In this document: positions 40,301 to 54,715 of the stretch, piece after piece
Position numbering within the stretch: position 1 is the stretch's first letter
Layout of the letters: the number at the start of each line of letters is the position of its first letter
Assembly (NCBI GenBank): GCA_964016885.1
Contig: OZ024743.1
Span: 339,326,001 to 339,390,000, forward strand
DNA from: Eledone cirrhosa
Taxonomy: Eukaryota
DNA: 64,000 nucleotides
Direction: 5' to 3'
Program-made: the position numbers and the translations under genes
The notes under the pieces: generated by a model
What the model was told of the DNA's origin: nothing
The model's input: only the letters and a program-made list of their open reading frames with translations
Databases searched by the model: none

Positions 40301-43300
40301 TCTTTTACATACACTTCTGCACTCTACCAAGTGGAGCTGGGGTCTATATATCTCTTACATACACTCCTGCACTCTACCAAGTGGAGCTGGGGTCTATATC
40401 TCTCCTACATACACTCCTGCACTCTACCAAGTGGAACTGGGGTCTATATATCTCTTACATACACTCCTGCACTCTACCAAGTGGAGTTGGGGGTCTATAT
40501 CTCTCTTACGTACACTCCTGCACTCTACCAAGTGGAACTGGGGTCTATATATCTCTTACATACACTCCTGCACTCTACCAAGTGGAGCTGGGAGTCTATA
40601 TCTCTCTTACATACACTCCTGCACTCTACCAAGTGGAGTTGGGGTCTATATCTCTATTACATACACTCCTTCACTCTACCAAGTGGAGTTGGGAGTCTAT
40701 ATTTCTCTTACATACACTCCTGCACTCTACCAAGTGGAGTTGCAGGGTCTATATCTCTCTTACACACACTCCTGCACTCTACCAAGTGGAGCTGGGAGTC
40801 TATATCTCTTACATACACTCCTGCACTCTACCAAGTGGAGTTGGGGGTCTATATCTCTCTTACATACACTCCTGCACTCTACCAAGTGGAGTTGGGGTCT
40901 ATATCTCTCTTACATACACTCCTGCACTCTACCAAGTGGAGTTGGGAGTCTATATTTCTCTTACATACACTCCTGCACTCTACCAAGTGGAGCTGGGGTC
41001 TATATATCTCTTACATACACTCCTGCACTCTACCAAGTGGAGCTGGAGGTCTATATATCTCTTACATACACTCCTGCACTCTACCAAGTGGAGCTGGGAG
41101 CCTATATCTCTCTTACATATACTCCTGCACTCTACCAAGTGGAGCTGGAGGTCTATATCTCTCTTACATACACTCCTGCATTCTACCAAGTGGAGCTGGG
41201 GTTCTATATCGCTCTTACATACACTCCTGCACTCTACCAAGTGGAGCTGGGGTTCTATATCTCTTACATACAATCCTGCCCTCTACCAAGTGGAGTTGGG
41301 GGGTTCTATCTCTCTTACATACACTCCTGAACTCTACCAAGTGGAGCTGGGGTTCTATATCTCCCTTACATACACTCCTGCACTCTACCAAGTGGAGCTG
41401 GGAGTCTATATCTCTTACATACACTTCTGCACTCTACCAAGTGGAGCTGGGAGTCTATATCTCTCTTGCATACACTCCTGCACTCTACCAAGTGGAGCTG
41501 GGAGTCTATATCTCTCTTACATACACTCCTTCACTCTACAAAGTGGAGTTGGGAGTCTATATTTCTCTTACATACACTCCTGCACTCTACCAAGTGGAGT
41601 TTGGAATCTATATCTCTATTACATACACTCCTGCACTCTACCAAGTGGAGCTGGGAGTCTATATCTCTCTTACATATACTCCTGCACTCTACCAAGTGGA
41701 GCTGGAGGTCTATATCTCTCTTACATACACTCCTGCATTCTACCAAGTGGAGTTGTGCATCTATATCTCTTTTACATACACTCCTGCACTCTACCAAGTG
41801 GAGCTGGGGTTCTATATCTCTCTTACATACACTCCTGCACTCTACCAAGTGGAGCTGGGGTTCTATATCCCCTTACATACAATCATGCCCTCTACCAAGT
41901 GGAGTTGGGGGGTTCTATCTCTCTTACATACACTCCTGAACTCTACCAAGTGGAGCTGGGGTTCTATATCTCCCTTACATACACTCCTGCACTCTACCAA
42001 GTGGAGCTGGGAGTCTATATCTCTTACATACACTTCTGCACTCTACCAAGTGGAGCTGGGAGTCTATATCTCTCTTGCATACACTCCTGCACTCTACCAA
42101 GTGGAGCTGGGAGTCTATATCTCTCTTACATACACTCCTTCACTCTACAAAGTGGAGTTGGGAGTCTATATTTCTCTTACATACACTCCTGCACTCTACC
42201 AAGTGGAGTTTGGAATCTATATCTCTATTACATACACTCCTGCACTCTACCAAGTGGAGCTGGGAGTCTATATCTCTCTTACATATACTCCTGCACTCTA
42301 CCAAGTGGAGCTGGAGGTCTATATCTCTCTTACATACACTCCTGCATTCTACCAAGTGGAGTTGTGCATCTATATCTCTTTTACATACACTCCTGCACTC
42401 TACCAAGTGGAGCTGGGGTTCTATATCTCTCTTACATACACTCCTGCACTCTACCAAGTGGAGCTGGGGTTCTATATCCCCTTACATACAATCCTGCCCT
42501 CTACCAAGTGGAGTTGGGGGGTTCTATCTCTCTTACATACACTCCTGAACTCTACCAAGTGGAGCTGGGGTTCTATATCTCCCTTACATACACTCCTGCA
42601 CTCTACCAAGTGGAGCTGGGAGTCTATATCTCTTACATACACTCCTGCATTCTACCAAGTGGAGCTGGGAGTCTATATCTCTCTTACATACACTCCTTCA
42701 CTCTACCAAGTGGAGTTGGGAGTCTATATTTCTCTTACATACACTCCTGCACTCTACCAAGTGGAGTTGCAGGGTCTATATCTCTCTTACATACACTCCT
42801 GCACTCTACCAAGTGGAGTTGGGAGTCTATATCTCTTACATACACTCCTGCACTCTACCAAGTGGAGTTGGGGGTCTATATCTCTCTTACATACACTCCT
42901 GCACTCTATGACGTGGAGCTGGAGTCTATATATCTCTTACATACACTCCTGCACTCTACCAAGTAGAGTTGGGGGGCCTATATATATCTTACATACACTC
43001 CTGCACTCTACCAAGTGGAGTTGGGGTCTATATCTCTCTTACAATACACTTCTGCACTCCACCAAGTGGAGTTGGGGGTCTATATCTCTTACATACACTC
43101 CTGCACTCTACCAAGTGGAGTTGGGGGTCTATATCTCTCTTACATACACTCCTGCACTCTACCAAGTGGAGTTGGGGTCTATATCTCTCTTACATACACT
43201 CCTGCACTCTACCAAGTGGAGTTGGGAGTCTATATTTCTCTTACATACACTCCTGCACTCTACCAAGTGGAGCTGGGGTCTATATATCTCTTACATACAC

Positions 43301-46300
43301 TCCTGCACTCTACCAAGTGGAGCTGGAGGTCTATATATCTCTTACATACACTCCTGCACTCTACCAAGTGGAGATGGGGTTCTATATCTCTCTTACATAC
43401 ACTCCTACACTCTACCAAGTGGAGTTTAGAATCTATATCTCTCTTACATACACTCCTGCACTCTACCAAGTGGAGCTGAGAGTCTATATCTCTCTTACAT
43501 ACACTCCTGCACTCTACCAAGTGGAGCTGGAGGTCTATATATCTCTTACATACACTCCTGCACTCTACCAAGTGGAGATGGGGTTCTATATCTCTCTTAC
43601 ATACACTCCTACACTCTACCAAGTGGAGTTTAGAATCTATATGTCTCTTACATACACTCCTGCACTCTACCAAGTGGAGCTGAGAGTCTATATCTCTATT
43701 ACATACACTCCTGCACTCTACCAAGTGGAGCTGGGAGTCTATATCTCTCTTACATATACTCCTGCACTCTACCAAGTGGAGCTGGAGGTCTATATCTCTC
43801 TTACATACACTCCTGCATTCTACCAAGTGGAGTTGTGGGTCTATATCTCTTTTACATACACACCTGCACTCTACCAAGTGGAGCTGGGGTTCTATATCTC
43901 TCTTACATACACTCCTGCACTCTACCAAGTGGAGCTGGGGTTCTATATCTCTTACATACACTTCTGCACTCTACCTAGTGGAGCTGGGAGTCTATATTTC
44001 TCTTACATACACTCCTGCACTCTACCAAGTGGAGTTGCGGGGTCTATATCTCCCTTACATACACTCCTGCACTCTACCAAGTGGAGCTGGGAGTCTATAT
44101 CTCTTACATACACTTCTGCACTCTACCAAGTGGAGTTGGGGGTCTATATCTCTCTTACATACACTCCTGCACTCTACCAAGTGGAACTGGGGTCTATATA
44201 TCTCTTACATACACTCCTGCACTCTACCAAGTGGAGCTGGGAGTCTATATCTCTTACATACACTTCTGCACTCTACCAAGTGGAGCTGGGAGTCTATATC
44301 TCTATTACATACACTCCTGCACTCTACCAAGTGGAGCTGGGAGTCTATATCTCTCTTACATACACTCCTGCACTCTACCAAGTGGAGTTGGGCGTCTATA
44401 TCTCTCTTACATACACTCCTGCACTCTACCAAGTGGAGTTGGGGGTCTATATCTCTCTTACGTACACTCCTGCACTCTACCAAGTGGAACTGGGGTCTAT
44501 ATATCTCTTACATACACTCCTGCAGTCTACCAAGTGGAGTTGGGGGTCTATATCTCTCTTACGTACACTCCTGCACTCTACCAAGTGGAACTGGAGTCTA
44601 TATATCTTTTACATACACTTCTGCACTCTACCAAGTGGAGCTGGGGTCTATATATCTCTTACATACACTCCTGCACTCTACCAAGTGGAGCTGGGGTCTA
44701 TATCTCTCCTACATACACTCCTGCACTCTACCAAGTGGAACTGGGGTCTATATATCTCTTACATACACTCCTGCACTCTACCAAGTGGAGTTGGGGGTCT
44801 ATATCTCTCTTACGTACACTCCTGCACTCTACCAAGTGGAACTGGGGTCTATATATCTCTTACATACACTCCTGCACTCTACCAAGTGGAGCTGGGAGTC
44901 TATATCTCTCTTACAATACACTTCTGCACTCTACCAAGTGGAGTTGGGGTCTATATCTCTATTACATACACTCCTTCACTCTACCAAGTGGAGTTGGGAG
45001 TCTATATTTCTCTTACATACACTCCTGCACTCTACCAAGTGGAGTTGCAGGGTCTATATCTCTCTTACATACACTCCTGCACTCTACCAAGTGGAGCTGG
45101 GAGTCTATATCTCTTACATACACTCCTGCACTCTACCAAGTGGAGTTGGGGGTCTATATCTCTCTTACATACACTCCTGCACTCTACCAAGTGGAGTTGG
45201 GGTCTATATCTCTCTTACATACACTCCTGCACTCTACCAAGTGGAGTTGGGAGTCTATATTTCTCTTACATACACTCCTGCACTCTACCAAGTGGAGCTG
45301 GGGTCTATATATCTCTTACATACACTCCTGCACTCTACCAAGTGGAGCTGGAGGTCTATATATCTCTTACATACACTCCTGCACTCTACCAAGTGGAGCT
45401 GGGAGCCTATATCTCTCTTACATATACTCCTGCACTCTACCAAGTGGAGCTGGAGGTCTATATCTCTCTTACATACACTCCTGCATTCTACCAAGTGGAG
45501 CTGGGGTTCTATATCGCTCTTACATACACTCCTGCACTCTACCAAGTGGAGCTGGGGTTCTATATCTCTTACATACAATCCTGCCCTCTACCAAGTGGAG
45601 TTGGGGGGTTCTATCTCTCTTACATACACTCCTGAACTCTACCAAGTGGAGCTGGGGTTCTATATCTCCCTTACATACACTCCTGCACTCTACCAAGTGG
45701 AGCTGGGAGTCTATATCTCTTACATACACTTCTGCACTCTACCAAGTGGAGCTGGGAGTCTATATCTCTCTTGCATACACTCCTGCACTCTACCAAGTGG
45801 AGCTGGGAGTCTATATCTCTCTTACATACACTCCTTCACTCTACAAAGTGGAGTTGGGAGTCTATATTTCTCTTACATACACTCCTGCACTCTACCAAGT
45901 GGAGTTTGGAATCTATATCTCTATTACATACACTCCTGCACTCTACCAAGTGGAGCTGGGAGTCTATATCTCTCTTACATATACTCCTGCACTCTACCAA
46001 GTGGAGCTGGAGGTCTATATCTCTCTTACATACACTCCTGCATTCTACCAAGTGGAGTTGTGCATCTATATCTCTTTTACATACACTCCTGCACTCTACC
46101 AAGTGGAGCTGGGGTTCTATATCTCTCTTACATACACTCCTGCACTCTACCAAGTGGAGCTGGGGTTCTATATCCCCTTACATACAATCCTGCCCTCTAC
46201 CAAGTGGAGTTGGGGGGTTCTATCTCTCTTACATACACTCCTGAACTCTACCAAGTGGAGCTAGGGTTCTATATCTCCCTTACATACACTCCTGCACTCT
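35490..46300 (+). repeat. Higher-order repeat, 3695-bp period (~73 monomers), ~2.75 copies; the middle copy is 4304 bp because of an internal 609-bp duplication
   Basis: ORFs 35979/39674/43978 and 36206/39901/44205 give offsets of 3695 then 4304. The marker TATATCCCCTTAC occurs at ~38169, 41864, 42473 and 46169. Confidence 0.93.
41270..42640 (+). repeat. 12-monomer (609-bp) tandem duplication nested in the 3695-bp HOR
   Basis: Identical ORFs at 41466/42075 and 41531/42140 are offset by 609. Note 4304 - 3695 = 609. Confidence 0.93.
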
Positions 46301-47099
46301 ACCAAGTGGAGCTGGGAGTCTATATCTCTTACATACACTCCTGCACTCTACCAAGTGGAGCTGGGAGTCTATATCTCTCTTACATACACTCATTCACTCT
46401 ACCAAGTGGAGTTGGGAGTCTATATTTCTCTTACATACACTCCTGCACTCTACCAAGTGGAGTTGCGGGGTCTATATCTCTCTTACATACACTCCTGCAC
46501 TCTACCAAGTGGAGCTGGGAGTCTATATCTCTTACATACACTCCTGCACTCTACCAAGTGGAGTTGGGGTCTATATCTCTCTTACATACACTCCTGCACT
46601 CTACCAACTGGAACTGGGGTCTATATATCTCTTACATACACTCCTGCACTCTACCAAGTGGAGTTGGGGGTCCATATATCTCTTACATACACTCCTGCAC
46701 TCTACCAAGTGGAGTTGGGGGTCTATATCTCGCTTACATACACTTCTGCACTCTACCAAGTGGAACTGGGGTTCTATATTTCTCTTACATACACTCCTTC
46801 ACTCTACCAAGTGGAGTTGGGGGTCTATATCTCTTACATACAATCCTGCCCTCTACCAAGTGGAGTTGGGGGGTTCTATCTCTCTTACATACACTCCTGC
46901 ACTCTACCAAGTGGAGCTGGGAGTCTATATCTCTCTTACATACACTCCTGCACTCTACCAAGTGGAGCTGGGAGTCTATATCTCTTTTACATACACTCCT
47001 GCACTCTACCAAGTGGAGTTGGGGGTCTATATCTCTCTTACATACACTCCTGCACTCTACCAAGTAGAGTTGGGGGGGTCTATATCTCTCTTACATACA

Positions 47100-50000
47100 C
47101 TCCTGCTCTCTACCAAGTGGAGTTGGGGGTCTATATCTCTCTTACGTACACTCCTGCACTCTACCAAGTGGAACTGGGGTCTATATATCTCTTACATACA
47201 CTCCTGCAGTCTACCAAGTGGAGTTGGGGGTCTATATCTCTCTTACGTACACTCCTGCACTCTACCAAGTGGAACTGGGGTCTATATATCTCTTACATAC
47301 ACTTCTGCACTCTACCAAGTGGAGCTGGGGTCTATATATCTCTTACATACACTCCTGCACTCTACCAAGTGGAGCTGGGGTCTATATCTCTCCTACATAC
47401 ACTCCTGCACTCTACCAAGTGGAACTGGGGTCTATACATCTCTTACATACACTCCTGCACTCTACCAAGTGGAGTTGGGGGTCTATATCTCTCTTACGTA
47501 CACTCCTGCACTCTACCAAGTGGAACTGGGGTCTATATATCTCTTACATACACTTCTGCACTCTACCAAGTGGAGCTGGGGTCTATATATCTCTTACATA
47601 CACTCCTGCACTCTACCAAGTGGAGTTGGGGGTCTATATCTCTCTTACGTACACTCCTGCACTCTACCAAGTGGAACTGGGGTCTATATATCTCTTACAT
47701 ACACTTCTACACTCTACCAAGTGGAGCTGGGAGTCTATATCTCTCTTACATACACTCCTGCACTTTACCAAGTGGAGCTGGGAGTCTATATCTCTCTTAC
47801 ATACACTCCTGCACTCTACCAAGTGGAGCTGGGAGTCTATATCTCTCTTACATACACTCCTGCACTCTACCAAGTGGAGTTGGGGGTCTATATCTCTCTT
47901 ACATACACTCCTGCACTCTACCAAGTAGAGTTGGGGGGTCTATATCTCTCTTACATACACTCCTGCAGTCTACCAAGTGGAGTTGGGGGTCTATATCTCT
48001 CTTACGTACACTCCTGCACTCTACCAAGTGGAACTGGGGTCTATATATCTCTTACATACACTTCTGCACTCTACCAAGTGGAGCTGGGGTCTATATATCT
48101 CTTACATACACTCCTGCACTCTACCAAGTGGAGCTGGGGTCTATATCTCTCCTACATACACTCCTGCACTCTACCAAGTGGAACTGGGGTCTATACATCT
48201 CTTACATACACTCCTGCACTCTACCAAGTGGAGTTGGGGGTCTATATCTCTCTTACGTACACTCCTGCACTCTACCAAGTGGAGCTGGGGTCTATATCTC
48301 TCTTACATACACTCCTGCACTCTACCAAGTGGAGTTGGGAGTGTATATCTCTCTTACATACACTCCTGCACTCTACCAAGTAGAGTTGGGGTCTATATCT
48401 CACTAACATACACTCCTGCACTCTACCAAGTGGAGTTGGGTGTCTATATCTCTCTTACATACACTCCTGCACTCTACCAAGTGGGGCTGGGGTCTATATC
48501 TCTCTTACATACACTCCTGCACTCTACCAAGTGGAGCTGGAGGTCTATATATCTCTTACATACACTCCTGCACTCTACCAAGTGGAGATGGGGTTCTATA
48601 TCTCTCTTACATACACTCCTACACTCTACCAAGTGGAGTTTAGAATCTATATGTCTCTTACATACACTCCTGCACTCTACCAAGTGGAGCTGAGAGTCTA
48701 TATCTCTATTACATACACTCCTGCACTCTACCAAGTGGAGCTGGGAGTATATATCTCTCTTACATATACTCCTGCACTCTACCAAGTGGAGCTGGAGGTC
48801 TATATCTCTCTTACATACACTCCTGCATTCTACCAAGTGGAGTTGTGGGTCTATATCTCTTTTACATACACACCTGCACTCTACCAAGTGGAGCTGGGGT
48901 TCTATATCTCTTACATACACTTCTGCACTCTACCTAGTGGAGCTGGGAGTCTATATTTCTCTTACATACACTCCTGCACTCTACCAAGTGGAGTTGCGGG
49001 GTCTATATCTCCCTTACATACACTCCTGCACTCTACCAAGTGGAACTGGGAGTCTATATCTCTTACATACACTTCTGCACTCTACCAAGTGGAGTTGGGG
49101 GTCTATATCTCTCTTACATACACTCCTGCACTCTACCAAGTGGAACTGGGGTCTATATATCTCTTACATACACTCCTGCACTCTACCAAGTGGAGCTGGG
49201 AGTCTATATCTCTTACATACACTTCTGCACTCTACCAAGTGGAGCTGGGAGTCTATATCTCTATTACATACACTCCTGCACTCTACCAAGTGGGGCTGGG
49301 AGTCTATATCTCTCTTACATACACTCCTGCACTCTACCAAGTGGAGTTGGGCGTCTATATCTCTCTTACATACACTCCTGCACTCTACCAAGTGGAGTTG
49401 GGGGTCTATATCTCTCTTACGTACACTCCTGCACTCTACCAAGTGGAACTGGGGTCTATATATCTCTTACATACACTCCTGCACTCTACCAAGTGGAGTT
49501 GGGGGTCTATATCTCTCTTACGTACACTCCTGCACTCTACCAAGTGGAACTGGGGTCTATATATCTCTTACATACACTCCTGCACTCTACCAAGTGGAGC
49601 TGGGAGTCTATATCTCTCTTACATACACTCCTGCACTCTACCAAGTGGAGTTGGGGTCTATATCTCTATTACATACACTCCTTCACTCTACCAAGTGGAG
49701 TTGGGAGTCTATATTTCTCTTACATACACTCCTGCACTCTACCAAGTGGAGTTGCAGGGTCTATATCTCTCTTACATACACTCCTGCACTCTACCAAGTG
49801 GAGCTGGGAGTCTATATCTCTTACATACACTCCTGCACTCTACCAAGTGGAGTTGGGGGTCTATATCTCTCTTACATACACTCCTGCACTCTACCAAGTG
49901 GAGTTGGGGTCTATATCTCTCTTACATACACTCCTGCACTCTACCAAGTGGAGTTGGGAGTCTATATTTCTCTTACATACACTCCTGCACTCTACCAAGT

Positions 50001-51840
50001 GGAGCTGGGGTCTATATATCTCTTACATACACTCCTGCACTCTACCAAGTGGAGCTGGAGGTCTATATATCTCTTACATACACTCCTGCACTCTACCAAG
50101 TGGAGCTGGGAGCCTATATCTCTCTTACATATACTCCTGCACTCTACCAAGTGGAGCTGGAGGTCTATATCTCTCTTACATACACTCCTGCATTCTACCA
50201 AGTGGAGCTGGGGTTCTATATCGCTCTTACATACACTCCTGCACTCTACCAAGTGGAGCTGGGGTTCTATATCTCTTACATACAATCCTGCCCTCTACCA
50301 AGTGGAGTTGGGGGTTCTATATTTCTCTTACATACACTCCTGCACTCTACCAAGTGGAGTTGCAGGGTCTATATCTCTCTTACATACACTCCTGCACTCT
50401 ACCAAGTGGAGCTGGGAGTCTATATCTCTTACATACACTCCTGCACTCTACCAAGTGGAGTTGGGGGTCTATATCTCTCTTACATACACTCCTGCACTCT
50501 ATCAAGTGGAGCTGGAGTCTATATATCTCTTACATACACTCCTGCACTCTACCAAGTAGAGTTGGGGGGCCTATATATCTCTTACATACACTCCTGCACT
50601 CTACCAAGTGGAGTTGGGGTCTATATCTCTCTTACAATACACTTCTGCACTCCACCAAGTGGAGTTGGGGGTCTATATCTCTTACATACACTCCTGCACT
50701 CTACCAAGTGGAGTTGGGGGTCTATATCTCTCTTACATACACTCCTGCACTCTACCAAGTGGAGTTGGGGTCTATATCTCTCTTACATACACTCCTGCAC
50801 TCTACCAAGTGGAGTTGGGAGTCTATATTTCTCTTACATACACTCCTGCACTCTACCAAGTGGAGCTGGGGTCTATATATCTCTTACATACACTCCTGCA
50901 CTCTACCAAGTGGAGCTGGAGGTCTATATATCTCTTACATACACTCCTGCACTCTACCAAGTGGAGATGGGGTTCTATATCTCTCTTACATACACTCCTA
51001 CACTCTACCAAGTGGAGTTTAGAATCTATATCTCTCTTACATACACTCCTGCACTCTACCAAGTGGAGCTGAGAGTCTATATCTCTATTACATACACTCC
51101 TGCACTCTACCAAGTGGAGCTGGAGGTCTATATCTCTCTTACATACACTCCTGCATTCTACCAAGTGGAGTTGTGCGTCTATATCTCTTTTACATACACT
51201 CCTGCACTCTACCAAGTGGAGCTGGGGTTCTATATCTCTCTTACATACACTCCTGCACTCTACCAGGTGGAGCTGGGGTTCTATATCTCTTACATACAAT
51301 CCTGCCCTCTACCAAGTGGAGTTGGGGGGTTCTATCTCTCTTACATACACTCCTGAACTCTACCAAGTGGAGCTGGGGTTCTATATCTCCCTTACATACA
51401 CTCCTGCACTCTACCAAGTGGAGCTGGGAGTCTATATCTCTTACATACACTTCTGCACTCTACCAAGTGGAGCTGGGAGTCTATATCTCTCTTGCATACA
51501 CTCCTGCACCCTACCAAGTGGAGCTGGGAGTCTATATCTCTCGTACATACACTCCTTCACTTTTCAAAGTGGAGTTGGGAGTCTATATTTCTCTTACATA
51601 CACTCCTGCACTCTACCAAGTGGAGTTTGGAATCTATATCTCTATTACATACACTCCTGCACTCTACCAAGTGGAGCTGGGAGTCTATATCTCTCATACA
51701 TATACTCCTGCACTCTACCAAGTGGAGCTGGAGGTCTATATCTCTCTTACATACACTCCTGCATTCTACCAAGTGGAGTTGTGCATCTATATCTCTTTTA
51801 CATACACTCCTGCACTCTACCAAGTGGAGCTGGGGTTCTA
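47100..51840 (+). repeat. Long-range duplicate of block ~14050-19600 (offset ~33.0-33.1 kb, then 32236 after an 860-bp gap)
   Basis: ORF pairs are 14617/47664 (33047), 15293/48440 (33147), 15944/49040 and 16896/49992 (33096), and 18372/50608 and 18937/51173 (32236). Confidence 0.85.
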
Positions 51841-54715
51841 TATCTCTCTTACATACACTCCTGCACTCTACCAAGTGGAGCTGGGGTTCTATATCTCTTA
51901 CATACAATCCTGCCCTCTACCAAGTGGAGTTGGGGGGTTCTATCTCTCTTACATACACTCCTGAACTCTACCAAGTGGAGCTAGGGTTCTATATCTCCCT
52001 TACATACACTCCTGCACTCTACCAAGTGGAGCTGGGAGTCTATATCTCTTACATACACTCCTGCACTCTACCAAGTGGAGCTGGGAGTCTATATCTCTCT
52101 TACATACACTCATTCACTCTACCAAGTGGAGTTGGGAGTCTATATTTCTCTTACATACACTCCTGCACTCTACCAAGTGGAGTTGCGGGGTCTATATCTC
52201 TCTTACATACACTCCTGCACTCTACCAAGTGGAGTTTGGAATCTATATCTCTATTACATACACTCCTGCACTCTACCAAGTGGAGCTGGGAGTCTATATC
52301 TCTCTTACATATACTCCTGCACTCTACCAAGTGGAGCTGGAGGTCTATATCTCTCTTACATACACTCCTGCATTCTACCAAGTGGAGTTGTGCATCTATA
52401 TCTCTTTTACATACACTCCTGCACTCTACCAAGTGGAGCTGGGGTTCTATATCTCTCTTACATACACTCCTGCACTCTACCAAGTGGAGCTGGGGTTCTA
52501 TATCTCTTACATACAATCCTGCCCTCTACCAAGTGGAGTTGGGGGGTTCTATCTCTCTTACATACACTCCTGAACTCTACCAAGTGGAGCTGGGGTTCTA
52601 TATCTCCCTTACATACACTCCTGCACTCTACCAAGTGGAGCTGGGAGTCTATATCTCTTACATACACTTCTGCACTCTACCAAGTGGAGCTGGGAGTCTA
52701 TATCTCTCTTACATACACTCCTGCATTCTACCAAGTGGAGCTGGGAGTCTATATCTCTCTTACATACACTCCTTCACTCTACCAAGTGGAGTTGGGAGTC
52801 TATATTTCTCTTACATACACTCCTGCACTCTACCAAGTGGAGTTGCAGGGTCTATATCTCTCTTACATACACTCCTGCACTCTACCAAGTGGAGCTGGGA
52901 GTCTATATCTCTTACATACACTCCTGCACTCTACCAAGTGGAGTTGGGGGTCTATATCTCTCTTACATACACTCCTGCACTCTATCAAGTGGAGCTGGAG
53001 TCTATATATCTCTTACATACACTCCTGCACTCTACCAAGTAGAGTTGGGGGGCCTATATATCTCTTACATACACTCCTGCACTCTACCAAGTGGAGTTGG
53101 GGTCTATATCTCTCTTACAATACACTTCTGCACTCCACCAAGTGGAGTTGGGGGTCTATATCTCTTACATACACTCCTGCACTCTACCAAGTGGAGTTGG
53201 GGGTCTATATCTCTCTTACATACACTCCTGCACTCTACCAAGTGGAGTTGGGGTCTATATCTCTCTTACATACACTCCTGCACTCTACCAAGTGGAGTTG
53301 GGAGTCTATATTTCTCTTACATACACTCCTGCACTCTACCAAGTGGAGCTGGGGTCTATATATCTCTTACATACACTCCTGCACTCTACCAAGTGGAGCT
53401 GGAGGTCTATATATCTCTTACATACACTCCTGCACTCTACCAAGTGGAGATGGGGTTCTATATCTCTCTTACATACACTCCTACACTCTACCAAGTGGAG
53501 TTTAGAATCTATATCTCTCTTACATACACTCCTGCACTCTACCAAGTGGAGCTGAGAGTCTATATCTCTATTACATACACTCCTGCACTCTACCAAGTGG
53601 AGCTGGAGGTCTATATCTCTCTTACATACACTCCTGCATTCTACCAAGTGGAGTTGTGCGTCTATATCTCTTTTACATACACTCCTGCACTCTACCAAGT
53701 GGAGCTGGGGTTCTATATCTCTCTTACATACACTCCTGCACTCTACCAGGTGGAGCTGGGGTTCTATATCTCTTACATACAATCCTGCCCTCTACCAAGT
53801 GGAGTTGGGGGGTTCTATCTCTCTTACATACACTCCTGAACTCTACCAAGTGGAGCTGGGGTTCTATATCTCCCTTACATACACTCCTGCACTCTACCAA
53901 GTGGAGCTGGGAGTCTATATCTCTTACATACACTTCTGCACTCTACCAAGTGGAGCTGGGAGTCTATATCTCTCTTGCATACACTCCTGCACCCTACCAA
54001 GTGGAGCTGGGAGTCTATATCTCTCTTACATACACTCCTTCACTTTTCAAAGTGGAGTTGGGAGTCTATATTTCTCTTACATACACTCCTGCACTCTACC
54101 AAGTGGAGTTTGGAATCTATATCTCTATTACATACACTCCTGCACTCTACCAAGTGGAGCTGGGAGTCTATATCTCTCATACATATACTCCTGCACTCTA
54201 CCAAGTGGAGCTGGAGGTCTATATCTCTCTTACATACACTCCTGCATTCTACCAAGTGGAGTTGTGCATCTATATCTCTTTTACATACACTCCTGCACTC
54301 TACCAAGTGGAGCTGGGGTTCTATATCTCTCTTACATACACTCCTGCACTCTACCAAGTGGAGCTGGGGTTCTATATCTCTTACATACAATCCTGCCCTC
54401 TACCAAGTGGAGTTGGGGGGTTCTATCTCTCTTACATACACTCCTGAACTCTACCAAGTGGAGCTAGGGTTCTATATCTCCCTTACATACACTCCTGCAC
54501 TCTACCAAGTGGAGCTGGGAGTCTATATCTCTTACATACACTCCTGCACTCTACCAAGTGGAGCTGGGAGTCTATATCTCTCTTACATACACTCATTCAC
54601 TCTACCAAGTGGAGTTGGGAGTCTATATTTCTCTTACATACACTCCTGCACTCTACCAAGTGGAGTTGCGGGGTCTATATCTCTCTTACATACACTCCTG
54701 CACTCTACCAAGTGG
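50318..54715 (+). repeat. Higher-order tandem duplication, 2483-bp period (~49 monomers), ~1.8 copies
   Basis: ORFs recur at +2483 (50608/53091; 51173/53656; 52075/54558). GAGCTAGGG occurs at ~51978 and ~54461, and ACTCATTCAC at ~52108 and ~54591. Confidence 0.92.
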
